Source: Lenisia limosa (lineage: Eukaryota > Protista > Breviatea). Taken from it: a DNA stretch of 19,450 nucleotides. Below are positions 8,607 through 19,450 of the stretch, in pieces. The stretch is taken from assembly GCA_001655205.1 (NCBI GenBank), contig LPNZ01009398.1, positions 1 through 19,450 of the forward strand, read 5' to 3'. The notes under the pieces were generated by a model, which was not told where the DNA came from, did not search any database, and saw only the letters and a program-made list of their open reading frames with translations. Position 1 is the first letter of the stretch, and every line of letters begins with the position of its first letter. The position numbers and the translations under genes were made by a program.

Positions 8607-11600
8607 AACAAGTGAAACTGTCTTCCCGCGTTCTGACCCCCCGCCTCCGATCGACCATGAAAAATCTAATACAGATATTTCTAACTTTCTTTTTGACAAT
8701 CTAAATTCAAGTTCCTCTCAATTGGTAGGACTTTGTCTTTAATTTACTTGATGATGCCTCAATAGGTCAACTATCTATGATTATGAAATATTCCTTTTCA
8801 CGATTGCATATCTAAGATTTCAAAACCATATTATTTTGGAAGATTGCTCATATTCTATCAATTTGAAATATCACATTTTCAAAGCCTTGAATTTTTGTTT
8901 TCATTTATTATGAATAAGGGAAAGGCAAATGCATGATTTGTTTTTATTTAAAAAACATTATATAATTGTATTGATAGTGACCCACATTGTTTTAGTTTAC
9001 TCTGTCTCATTCTGCTCACACAACAGAATAAAGTAACACTGGAAGAAGTTGACACCGCATGTCTTGAAAGATTACTACCTGGAAGCTGCAACCCAGCAAA
9101 ATTGACACTGGGGCTCATTTCTGAATTAGATACAATCGAACCCAAGAAATCAGAAGAACCGTCTTCAACATCTCTTGATAATCTCTTCACAAATGAAAAA
9201 GAGGCATCTTTGTTCATACTTCATGAAAAGTCAAGGTATGGAGACCTGGGTTGAGTAATGTTGTATTTCCCAAGATGGCTAAATGTTGTATTAAATGGGT
9301 GATTAAGGTATTAAATACTGAATTTTCTTTGTAACTGAATATTTGATAATTCAATATTTTTTTAGTTAGATGTGATATGTTTAATATTGTACATATTTTG
9401 TAACAGTAATGACAATTGATTTATATTGATTTATATTAGAACAAACTCATCCATTTAGTTACTCTAAATCAATGGAAGCAAAAAAGGACCTTGGAAAGGA
9501 AGTTTTCTGCAATAACAGCCCAAAGGTTTGGGTAAAAACATCAACTATTTATGTATCAAACCTTCAGCAAATATTGCATATAATGTCTCGTAACCTAAAT
9601 AGGAGGAGACCGAGTTCCCTTGCACAACCCAGAAAAAGACACTAAATTTGACTGAGTACGAGGAAGCCGAACCAATTATGCCCCCGATGCTGACCACATG
9701 GCCATCATACCGAACTGCAGCAATGGCTCATTTCTTAACTGCCCAGTCTGGACTCCAACCAGCTTTGAAGAAGCACGAAAATGTTTGCTGCTTGGTAGAG
9801 TCGGTGATATAAAATAATATTTAAGAAAACATATTTTTGAGTGAATATGTTACAATACTTACATATATATTTGTCAGCTCAATGTCATAAATAATGTTTA
9901 CATACTTCGATACCTCGCATGGTCAATTCATCTTAATATTAGAGCTATTTAATGTTTCTAATATGATTATTCAGACCAACGCTTTTCACCCTGGTCTTGA
10001 ATTACAATGTTCCAACTTTGTGGAGGCCAAAGTTTCGAAAGATACAACTCCTTCTGATGGTGTTGTGTCTCCTGAAGTGGTTCCAAAGTTACCATCAGTT
10101 TTGGCAGGTTTGCAGCGAAATATCAGCTTTTTTAAATGGTGGAATAATCTTGGAGGGTAATAGAATTTATTACATAGTGATTATATTCTTATTGAAACTA
10201 CCACAACATTTAATCTGTCTTATTCATAAACAGTGTTAAAACAATTTATAAACAGCTGATATACAATATATTGGTTACTCTCATAAACAAATCCTAGTCA
10301 TGATAAAAGTGTCCAAATAATTTTTATTAGGCCGTCTTGTTGACCCAGTTATTCTCTCTCGGGCACTTGCAAGAAAAACCCCTCCACGCTCCGTCTTACC
10401 ATGTACGGACTCGAAAATGGAGGTTATGGCCTGGGTTATTTCTGCGTTGAAGGGGGAAAAGTCAGAAGTTGCAGTTGTTACGAAACTTTGTCGCCTCCAT
10501 TCCCTTGCCGAAATCGAAGAAGCCTCACAAGTCTCAAAGTATGTTGATGGGTTTAATATTGACACCGCTTATGACTGACAATCACAATATCAATGTAATA
10601 TGTTATTTTCCTCAGGAAATATTCTAGTATTATACTACACCTGCTCTCTAAGATGAATTTCACCTCGTAAATATTGTCGCTTCCAAATATGTCTCACATT
10701 TATCAAGAAAAAGAACATACGAACGCTACAAGATAACGTTCTATTTGGCAGCAGAATTTGAAGTATCATACACTCCAAAGAAGCCCCTTGACACTAGTGA
10801 ACCCCTTTGGAGTGTCAATAACACGGATGGCCTTCCTTCAGAACAAACAACGAGTGTTTTGAAAGTGACTTCAATTGACTCTAAGGACAAGACTGATTGC
10901 ATTTCTGACGCAAATGAGAACGATACTATTCAAGAAAAGAAAGAAGCGAAGACCCAAAAGGAGAAGCAGTTAGCAGCAAGCGACTCATCTCAAGAAGTTA
11001 TAGATTCAACCACAGAAAAACCAGTCCGCATTGGAATAGATACTTCTGAGAGTACAATATTGCTAGTATCACCAATTCTTGAGAAGTTGATCAATGGCAA
11101 CAAAGCTGAACAGCTTCCAAATAAATCTTTGGAAGGAACCGATAAGAACGTTAAAAAATCAAATTTCGAAGTCAGGAAAGCTGATGTTTCTCAAGGAGGA
11201 ATTAGTACCGACTGCAAGGATATACCGAATGAAGAACGAATGAAATTGAAAAGAAGGCCAGACGCATGTGACGATGAGAATGGTGATGATGCTAGCAAGA
11301 TCAAAGAAGACTGTGGTGAATCTAAGAAGAAGACGGACGTCAATGATGCAATTATTGAAAGCGATGTCAATACCAAAGCTGCTATTGACAAAACTACACT
11401 ACCCTCATTATCCGAAGATCATCCCGAGGAGAGCAACTCCGTTGAAGTTAGTAGAGGTATTCACAGACCCGCTCAAATTACTGAAGAGACTACAAGTATT
11501 GATTGTGATGCAGTTGCGGCAGCCAATAATGAAGACGAGAAAGATGATTTGAGGAAGGAAGACTCAAAGAAACAAGCGGATTCAATTCATGATGATTTAG

Positions 11601-14600
11601 ATATCATGAAGGCTCGTCCTTCAATTGTTCCTTCTAGAGCCACCCCTACTCCCTTTGTGTTCCCAAAGAAGCCTCAAAGAAGCCCAATCCCAGAGGAGTA
11701 CCAGTTAGTTCCATTGAAAGACACACCAAATGCCATGATTTCTTCAAGTGAGGATCATACGACGAAGTTGATTGATGTGACTCGGATTAAGAAGAACGAC
11801 GTTGATCCAGATAACACGAACGATGATCTGGGGACACCCACACTTTCATGTTCCAATTTCGATGCGAATGAGAGTTCTTCTGAAAATGTTCCTTCTGGTA
11901 CCGTGTTATCACCTGATGAGTCAGTCTCATTACCTGATGACAAGACGGCAGTCCCAACATTACCAAAAGCAGATTTGGTTAAGAAAAGCAATTTTGAGAA
12001 AGAAACGGCAGAAACTGACAACACAACAGCACCCTGCATGGTTACGTCATCAACGGCAGAAAAATCCTCTCATTTCGGCAGTCCACCAAATTCAAAAAAT
12101 GACGAATCTGTTCTTAAGACCAACTCAAAGCCCTCTGGTACTGTCAAGGTTAAAATCGACGTGAAAAAATCTAAGGAGTGGACACCTGATAACATCATGA
12201 GATCACTGGGAGGGAACCCTGCCAGAATGGCTTTGTTGCGTCAAATGCAGATCACCAACCAGATGAAAATGGAATCTCATCCTCAAGACACACTGAAAAC
12301 GGAAGATATCCTCGATTCTTGCCACGAAGCAAATGTCAAAAACAAACCCACTACAAGCAAAAATGATATTTCTGGAGATCTTTTAAATTCTGATGACAAC
12401 ACAAATGTTAAAGGAATATCTGAAGCAGAAGATTCAAATATAAATGACACCGGTTTCACAGAAGAGCCTGCTGCAACAGTGTCCGAGCCAGAATCAGCAA
12501 CATTAGATTTGATGAATGGTTCCGAAGATTGGATTGAAGATCCAACTAAGCAGTTTGACGAAGACAATCAACATGCAGAAAGTGTAAACCAAGATAAGGA
12601 AGACATTTTTGGAACTCCAAAGTCCGATGTCATGGAAGGAGACGGACAACAGTATCAATTGATGGAAGAATCAGTGCATGACCAAGTTACCTCCGATACC
12701 ACAACCTACGATACTGAACCGTACGCATATGATGACAACTTGTTTCAATCAGAACAAGATCACCATGGAAGGGAAGAAGAGTATAATGTTGTTGACACTA
12801 AGCAAAATGTGGAGCAGGAGGAAAGTGTTTCTAAAGCCTCTGAAATAGTCGCCCCGCCTTACAACGCCGAAGCTGCAGTCGAGGATGTGATATTTGATGA
12901 AGGTTTTGAGTCTCCAGAAAAGAGTCAAAGACATACAACACCAGAAGAACAAGGTTTGCCAGAATAAGCTGAAAGGAAAATTTGAAACTTTATATTTTTC
13001 ATCAAACCATATTCTATCTTTTATGTAATAACTGTAATATATATATCTTCCTATTTCTACTTAATAAATACTATAGAAGTGGTGTCAACTCAGCTCAGCG
13101 TTGCTGCATCTTTGGCCGATTTTATGGCCACTCGAGGTCATGTACAAAAGAATCGTGCTTCCTTATCTATGTGAGAACATAGCTAACCAAAGGACTGCTG
13201 ATCTTCTAATGCAATATATAATTACACCTCAATATTATCACTTGAATTTATTACAATTTTTGTGATACATCTCTCTGAAAACCCAAGCCTGAATGTGATA
13301 ATATACTGAAATCGGTTATTCTTAATCATAGTTAAAATGAAGAGTGAATTATTTTGTTATGACAATTCAGGAACAAAATGGCAGCAGGTCACTTCAATAA
13401 GCAAGAAAATGAACAGGATGAAGAAGATAGCCAACCAAAGGTAGGACAAAACACCGATATTGACATGAAATCGCTTACATTGCAGAAAATTAAAACCTAT
13501 TAGTCTTCATTTCTTATTCAGATTGACCCGTCACGTTACCTTCCTGGATCTCCATGGCCGCAACTTTCGCATATTCAAAAAGCTGTCGTTGCTACAGTGG
13601 GGTAAATTTATTGATCATGACTGAACTGTCGGAATCAAATTATTCAAATACTATAAATATTATGGTAATTTCTCTTATCCTATAATTAACATTATTTGCG
13701 GTGGGGGTAAGGTCAAATATACAAAACAGCAGACTTATCAAATGTCCTTAATGTAACAACCTAGCTTAACGCCAAGAAATCTCTTCTTTTGGCAGGGTGT
13801 TTTGCTGATGCTCTGATGGTCTACGTCACATGTGCTGCTCTCAAAATGCCTCCTAAAGGTTTGCTGATGACGTGTTAAATACCCTAACGTACAGACCATC
13901 ATTCGTTTGTTTATCCCGTATTATGTCAATTTTCATTTGTGTTAATTCGTATACCAAAACATCTTCGCTTTTAGCTAATATAACTTAGGTCATAAGTTTG
14001 CCCAGGTAATACTTCTTTTTGACAATGTGCGAGATGCCACATCTGTACAATTACAGTCCAAACTCGAACACGTAATCACAATCATCAATCGCCCCCCTCC
14101 TGGACGAACTGCAGTGTCCGTAGTGAGTGTGACTGACGGAAAGGACCAGCGTGCCATTGCATTATCGACAGCATTGGTGGTAATGATGGATCTTGAGGCT
14201 GCAAAGGATCATTTGAACCCGGTCAAAACCCTGAAGCGTGTCAACAGAGTTGAAATGAAGCCCTCTTGGATTATCGTTTCCTCAAATGATATGACAGTAA
14301 GACTGGGTTCAAGGTTTCATTGTGAAATTCTATAATTTGAATATTGTCATTTTCACTGCTACCCTTATTTGTTTCATTAATGTCAAAACACTCATTTTTA
14401 GGGAGGTCGGTTCCAAAGCCTGCAAACAATCCTGAAAACTCTTCAACCTTTTACAAATGGTATTTCAATAGTTGCCAACAAACCTCCTTCAACAGGACAG
14501 GAACTTGACAATTTGGTTTGTGAGTTTTATTTTATTGGATGATGGTGATAGTTAAATGCTCTTTAAAATAATTTTGTAATTGTAATCTGGGGAAGAACGC

Positions 14601-17600
14601 AGAAAGCCGTGCACCCAGTGTTTTAAGGCTAATGATTGGGTGAATTAATATTATGTTATCATGCAATATCTTATAAGCATGATAGTGTGGATGGCTTCGA
14701 CTAGATACAACCTTATTCTTATTTGTCATTATATATACATGTATAATTGCATCCAGATGAATACTCTTGAAGTCGATGAAATTGTCATTCCGGAGGCTTG
14801 TGCCGAGTTTGAAAGCCAAGAAACCATCACGACTTCGGTCATGGTTTGCCTTGACGATATTTGTAAAGATTTAATTATGATTGAATTTTCCATTTTTTTG
14901 ATCATCAATGTTCTGATTTCTGTAACAAACCTGTAGTGTATAAGAATCAAGTAACAGAGCCCATTACGTTCATGTAACAAATATTGTTATCTAATTTTCA
15001 TGTCTTCAGAACACGAACTTCAAGTCCCTTCTTGATATTATCAAATCTACAGGAGATCCATGTCTCCAAGTGTTGCAAGTAGGGCCATTATGATTGTTTT
15101 TCAAGTTTCTTGATAAGTGTATCGCAAAATTTATCACATATTATTTTATTAATTTGACATTGCTTTGTCTTTGATGAGACCCAATCTCCAGTTAGTCATA
15201 CAATTACCATTTATCTCACCCAAAATAGAACACGGGGCAAATTGACAGGAACCTTGATCTGTGGCATGTCACCACTGACACTACGCAGTCTAAATTTAGA
15301 GAAATTGCTCATTTCATTAAGGTGAGATCATTGTATGCTAATATTATGTTTAATTTTGATATTATGTGACCAATATAATCACAAATCTGCCGTGTTTATA
15401 TATCAGACCAACCCGCCATCCCCTGATGAACGCAAACAGTGGCAACAAATATTACAGGTACCAGGAAATTGAATTATATTATATAAATTAACACATTATA
15501 ACAAATTTAATATCCAAATTACTGATATTTTATACACAGAGTATTTGAACACTTTTGAAAAAGCGATAATATGATGACACTGTGACCCGTTTAGGCACTT
15601 GTTATGGTTGATAGTCTCAGAGGAGTCACTGATGCCATTTGCGTTGGAGGACTTAATTTGGCTGCCCAGTGGCTCCAGTAGGCGGAGTAGAGGGATATAT
15701 TTGTTTGCCAATCAATATTATAAAAGACTGAATCCTTCCATATCATCACGTCTGTAATAGGAACATTATAAGGGAGGGAGTGCATTGGTTGGCAGGAATC
15801 TTAACGCTGATTACAAGTTGAATTATGAGTTGTTTAAATTTTCCAAAGCAGTTATACACTAGGAGAAGATCAGATAAGAGTACCCTTGAAGGAAGAATTC
15901 TGTCTGGCAAGCTGAACAACTTACTAGGAACTCTCCAGTCAGACAAAAGTATGATGTAAAAATGTTGATGTGAGTTTGAAGTCATCTATGTATATTATAT
16001 ATATATTATCATATATTACGCAAAAAATAGTTCACTTTTCATCGTATTTCTCTTCATTCACTTCAAATAGCTCAAGATGTTAAATCAGAGCTTCTCCAGA
16101 GAGTGACATGGCTTCAAGACGCAACACCTCAGAAGTAGGCTAATACAAATCATCACAATCTAATAGAATGCAATTAGTGCAGTATTATTTATCTAAGAAC
16201 CCAAAATTATGACAAATTTATCGTAATTAATCATGAGTTCAAATTAAATACCAGCAATACATCTTTCATTATTGGCAGAAATATTATGTTTCTACACTAT
16301 CGCTTATACGAATTTTAGTCCAGTGGTGATTTTCATTGAACACGATGGCATGGTTGACTCTGTAATTTCGGCAATCAAATCAATTAGCAATGATTTAGCA
16401 ATCACAACCACTTGTGCGATTCAGGTTTGCTGATATTAGGATGAAAACACATTGAAAGTAATATTTTTAAGATTTTTATAAAATCATTGCAAGATTCATA
16501 TCATTGAGGTCACTTTTGTGATGAATTTAGGTTAACCCAGAAGACACAATGTCACAGGTTAAGTTCTGCTTAATACCAGATCAAATGATATCAGGCCAAG
16601 TTGACCAATCAGGTTGGTGACTGCTTACAAATTCATCTAATATGCTGTTGCAGTTATGTATAAACCGTTGTCTTTTTGTGTATGTGTAGTATAAGTTTTT
16701 CAGACTTTGAATATAGACAAGACCTAATATAATATAACATGTTTAGATCCTTCAGTGTTGATTGCATCATATACCTCTGTATTTGCATCACTAGCGGAAA
16801 CCGATAATGCTGTGCCATTCCTGGCTGAATGTACTGGTATAATACAATGGCAACCTGCTTTCAAGTTGGTTGGGCTGAGGCAAAAATTCAGAATGTTGGA
16901 GGATTAAAGTATCATATGAATTTAGACCAGGTCACTCATCACCATTTCCCCTACCTTCACCTTCGGTTACACAAACTGCTCTTAAGGTAAGCATATCCAG
17001 AAATAAATTCAACAAGAGTGGTTGGTACTTCACATTATATTCGCATTTGCTGTCATTATTTTATCATACCTCAAGTGATTTCTAACGTGTCCTATTTTCC
17101 ACTATTCAGCATTTGAACTTGTGTCGCCTCCATGTTCCTATTGCCACCCTTGAAGTTTCTCTTTCCCCCCGCCCTACTCCATCTTCGTTCTACCAGCTTG
17201 GTGCACTACGAAAATGGATTGGACAGCACTTCACTGAAACCGTCTCTGCTCTACCTCCCACATGGGTCTCTTTGAAATGCAGCGATATTAGAAACAAAGG
17301 AGGCTGGACTGGGACAAGTGTGAACAAAATCTCAAAGACTGTCATGAAATCATCTCCGAAGGTTTGTGATTCTCTTATCACTTGCAAGTTGAATATTACA
17401 TTTATGATAAGATGACTTTTCCCAGAAATAATGATTGATTGTAGTTGGACTTAAACCCCTCAGGAAACTATCGACAGTTTTCCAATTTATGTAAATATAC
17501 TTTCTGACCGAAGTGAAACCTTATTTGCACTATTACTTCATCTCTAATATTCGTGACTTTCTAGGCTCAGCCGATACCCAAAACTATATGTCGGGCAGTG

Positions 17601-19441
17601 GCGGTGAGCGAAGCGTTGATGCAACGATCAACTGCAATACAGCGCCTAGAAGGACTGAAGTTCCGAATCATTGAACGGTCAACTTTGCATGGAAATGTAG
17701 CGCATTTGGCGTGTGTTATGGGGCCTCGAAGTGGAGGTTGGAAGGTGCAATATACAATCTTTATTGTTTTCATTAAAAGTTAAACAATCACTAAATATGT
17801 TGAATAACAATTGCGTATATTAGTTGAAAGCCAATTAACTTCATTAGTTTTGCTCATTGAGTCTGGACGTATAATTGAAAGGCACTTCGCTGGGGGAGGA
17901 TGTATTGACAAAGAACTTGAAACTCTGGTAGGAAATGTTGTAAGAATGAAAATTATTATTTAAACTGACATTTTAATTTAGCAGGTCTGTAAAAAGTATA
18001 CAACCTCACACTACATCAATTATTCTATTCTTCATTAACCATATCTTATAATGTATACAAACTTACAGTTGAAATAAATTGTCAAGATATTTATCTTTTT
18101 AGCTTGTCGATGACCTAATACATGCAAATCAGGCAATTCGAAAACTCCATGAAGAAGGTTATACTCATCTTGACGTTATTGTTGAGACATTTGGAGTACA
18201 AAGTATGGACTAACAATGCTTTTAAACTTGGTATATCGTTTCATTGTCACTCTTGTTGTCATAGTCATCCCTTTTCAGATGCTAATTCTACAACCCCACC
18301 AATTGCACAACTAACAAAGCTGATTTCAAAGTATTTACATAAGTCGAACAGACAATTGTGAGTTGGAATTCAGCTAAACCTGGATGTGTGGATATTTAAT
18401 ATTTCAAAACATTATAATCCTCAGCAAAAACAGTTATTTGCTGATGATTGGATTTTAGTGTGTTATCGTTCCAAACAGAGATAATGCACGTTGAAGAAAT
18501 AGCTACTAAGTTACTCATAATGTAGTCCGGGATTAGACTGCTTTGTGTTCACTGCACTTCAAGAAAATGACCTAGCAAGCTTTATAGAGGCTTCTTTCCT
18601 CAAGGTTAGAAAATTTGGTGATACAGTACTCCTTGAATGCGCTTGATGAATAACAATTATATTAGGATTATTTTAACCTTGTTATCTAACACTGTAGACG
18701 TCAAAACATATTCCTGCTGCCACTCTGGAAACTTCTTTCCTCAATGCAGTCGAACCTCTGAGGTGAATATTGCCAATGACTTGAGCCACCATATAATGGT
18801 TTTAGAACTTCATTTCTACTTGAGGATGAGACACAACATGAAAAGTTCCTTGTCAATGCCGTGCCGGGAGTGAACACTTATACCGCCCAGAGACTGGTGA
18901 GATGGTGAATGTTTGGAATTTTTGAAGATAATGTTTGCAAAACACTTTTTTCCTTTATTTTATGACTTGTATAGAATTCAATCTCTTTATTCACAAATTT
19001 TAGCTTGCATATACAACCTTGATCGAGTTAATTACTGGCAATTCCTCCCTAAAGGAAGCCCATCAACAAGCAATTGAGTCAACAAATTCCAAACAGGTTT
19101 GAATTGGCTTTTGCAAGTAGTTATCACTTTAATTGAATAGGATTTACCATTGTATTTTTATTATTACACATTTAATTGAATAGGATTTACCATTGTATTT
19201 ATAAAAAGTTCAAATATGTTCCATCCTCCCTGAGTTAGCACCAAGCAAAATTTTACAATTTGAAATAAATTAATCTAATTCAGGATGTTTCAAATGACCC
19301 TCTCCACGATGCTGGGTTTTGGATATCATGGAACCTTATTCGGAGACTTCTCTCATTGAAAAAGTCCAAATTCTTTACTGTTGCTCTGGAAAACACTCAA
19401 CCTCAAGCTCGTTCTTCAAAGCTACCAACACCATCGTTGGG
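8607..19441 (+). CDS. SHOC1: SHOC1/Zip2-like meiotic crossover protein of the XPF family: acidic disordered region, degenerate SF2 helicase module, inactive ERCC4 domain, HhH; continues past the window end
   Basis: Phase-consistent exons: 8607-8724, 9027-9235, 9459-9525, 9603-9782, 9975-10107, 10331-10538, about 10798-12953 (acceptor uncertain), 13077-13170, 13371-13440, 13522-13596, 13765-13858, 13989-14296, 14402-14515, 14757-14843, 15010-15078, 15229-15321, 15407-15457, 15595-15677, 15761-15787, 15863-15948, 16071-16134, 16319-16424, 16531-16612, 16747-16864, 16926-16986, 17110-17361, 17565-17736, 17848-17927, 18103-18202, 18279-18357, 18526-18604, 18698-18762, 18806-18896, 19004-19096, 19284-19441. 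Colinear SHOC1-like motifs, compared from memory with human SHOC1: LADFMATRG (cf. LSDFIMLRN), DSLRGVTDAICVGGLNLAAQWL (cf. VTIRDVLLTCSLDTALGYL), VAVSEALMQRSTAIQRLEGLKFRIIER (cf. [27 protein letters not shown]), EDETQHEKFLVNAVPGVNTYTAQRLL (cf. [22 protein letters not shown]). XPF's GDY...ERK catalytic motif and FANCM's GKT/DEAH motifs are absent. Confidence 0.75.
10745..12967 (+). other. Giant acidic low-complexity exon (the 740-aa ORF), internal to the SHOC1-like gene rather than a standalone gene
   Basis: The ORF is D/E/S/T/K-rich and has no ATG at its start. A GTTTGC donor at 12954, just before the ORF's TAA, splices in phase 1 to the 13077 exon carrying the conserved DFMATRG motif. Confidence 0.75.
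19128..19200 (+). repeat. Perfect 30-nt direct repeat, two copies, 43-nt period, in an intron
   Basis: TTTAATTGAATAGGATTTACCATTGTATTT occurs at 19128-19157 and 19171-19200. Confidence 0.9.
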
Positions 19442-19450
19442 GTATGCTCA

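Noticed and set aside
10745-12967. The 740-aa ORF as a standalone gene or a viral/transposon insertion
   Set aside because: It has no ATG start and no mobile-element domain or terminal repeat, and it splices in frame into conserved SHOC1-like exons.
13332-13602. Alternative frame FKMKSELFCYDNSGTKWQQ...RHVTFLDLHGRNFR
   Set aside because: It is not phase-compatible with the upstream DFMATRG exon, which ends in phase 2. The chosen frame joins cleanly and gives the helicase Q-motif-like segment.
8607-19441. Calling the large gene XPF/Rad1 or FANCM/Mph1
   Set aside because: It lacks XPF's GDY/ERK nuclease motif and FANCM's GKT and DEAH motifs, and it carries SHOC1-type DFxxxR, IER and ExxE-P-N-AQ signatures.
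1-19450. CRISPR arrays, tRNA/rRNA genes, U12-type introns, prokaryotic defence systems
   Set aside because: No regularly spaced repeat-spacer units, cloverleaf or rRNA signatures, or RTATCCTT donors at modelled junctions were seen. The window is almost fully accounted for by spliced eukaryotic genes.

Overview
This is AT-rich, intron-dense eukaryotic nuclear DNA in the standard genetic code; the lineage cannot be fixed from sequence alone. Most short ORFs in the track are exon fragments or antisense shadows. Building phase-consistent GT-AG exon chains by hand gives three or four genes. (1) A 5'-truncated + strand gene (about 137-3694) for an SMP/TULIP-type lipid-transfer protein with an S/D-rich tail. 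(2) A - strand PEX13 (7258-3718) with SPAKPWE, a G/M/Y-rich region, a transmembrane segment and a C-terminal SH3, interrupted by two assembly gaps. (3) A + strand ORF of about 220 aa (7362-8461), weakly PAC1/PSMG1-like, which may instead be the 5' end of gene 4. (4) A large + strand gene (about 8607 to beyond 19441, about 35 exons, roughly 1,970 aa in the window) for a SHOC1/Zip2-like meiotic XPF-family protein. It has a roughly 720-aa acidic exon, what looks like a complete but catalytically dead FANCM/Hef-type helicase module, an inactive ERCC4 domain and an HhH region. I found no prokaryotic system, CRISPR array, RNA gene or autonomous mobile element. The notable observations are the pseudo-helicase SHOC1 architecture, a possible gene 3-4 fusion, relaxed GTNNG donor sites, stop codons only 23 nt apart, a candidate 3/6-nt microexon, an intronic hairpin and a splice-site G-quadruplex. 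All family assignments come from by-eye motif comparison with remembered sequences, not from database searches.
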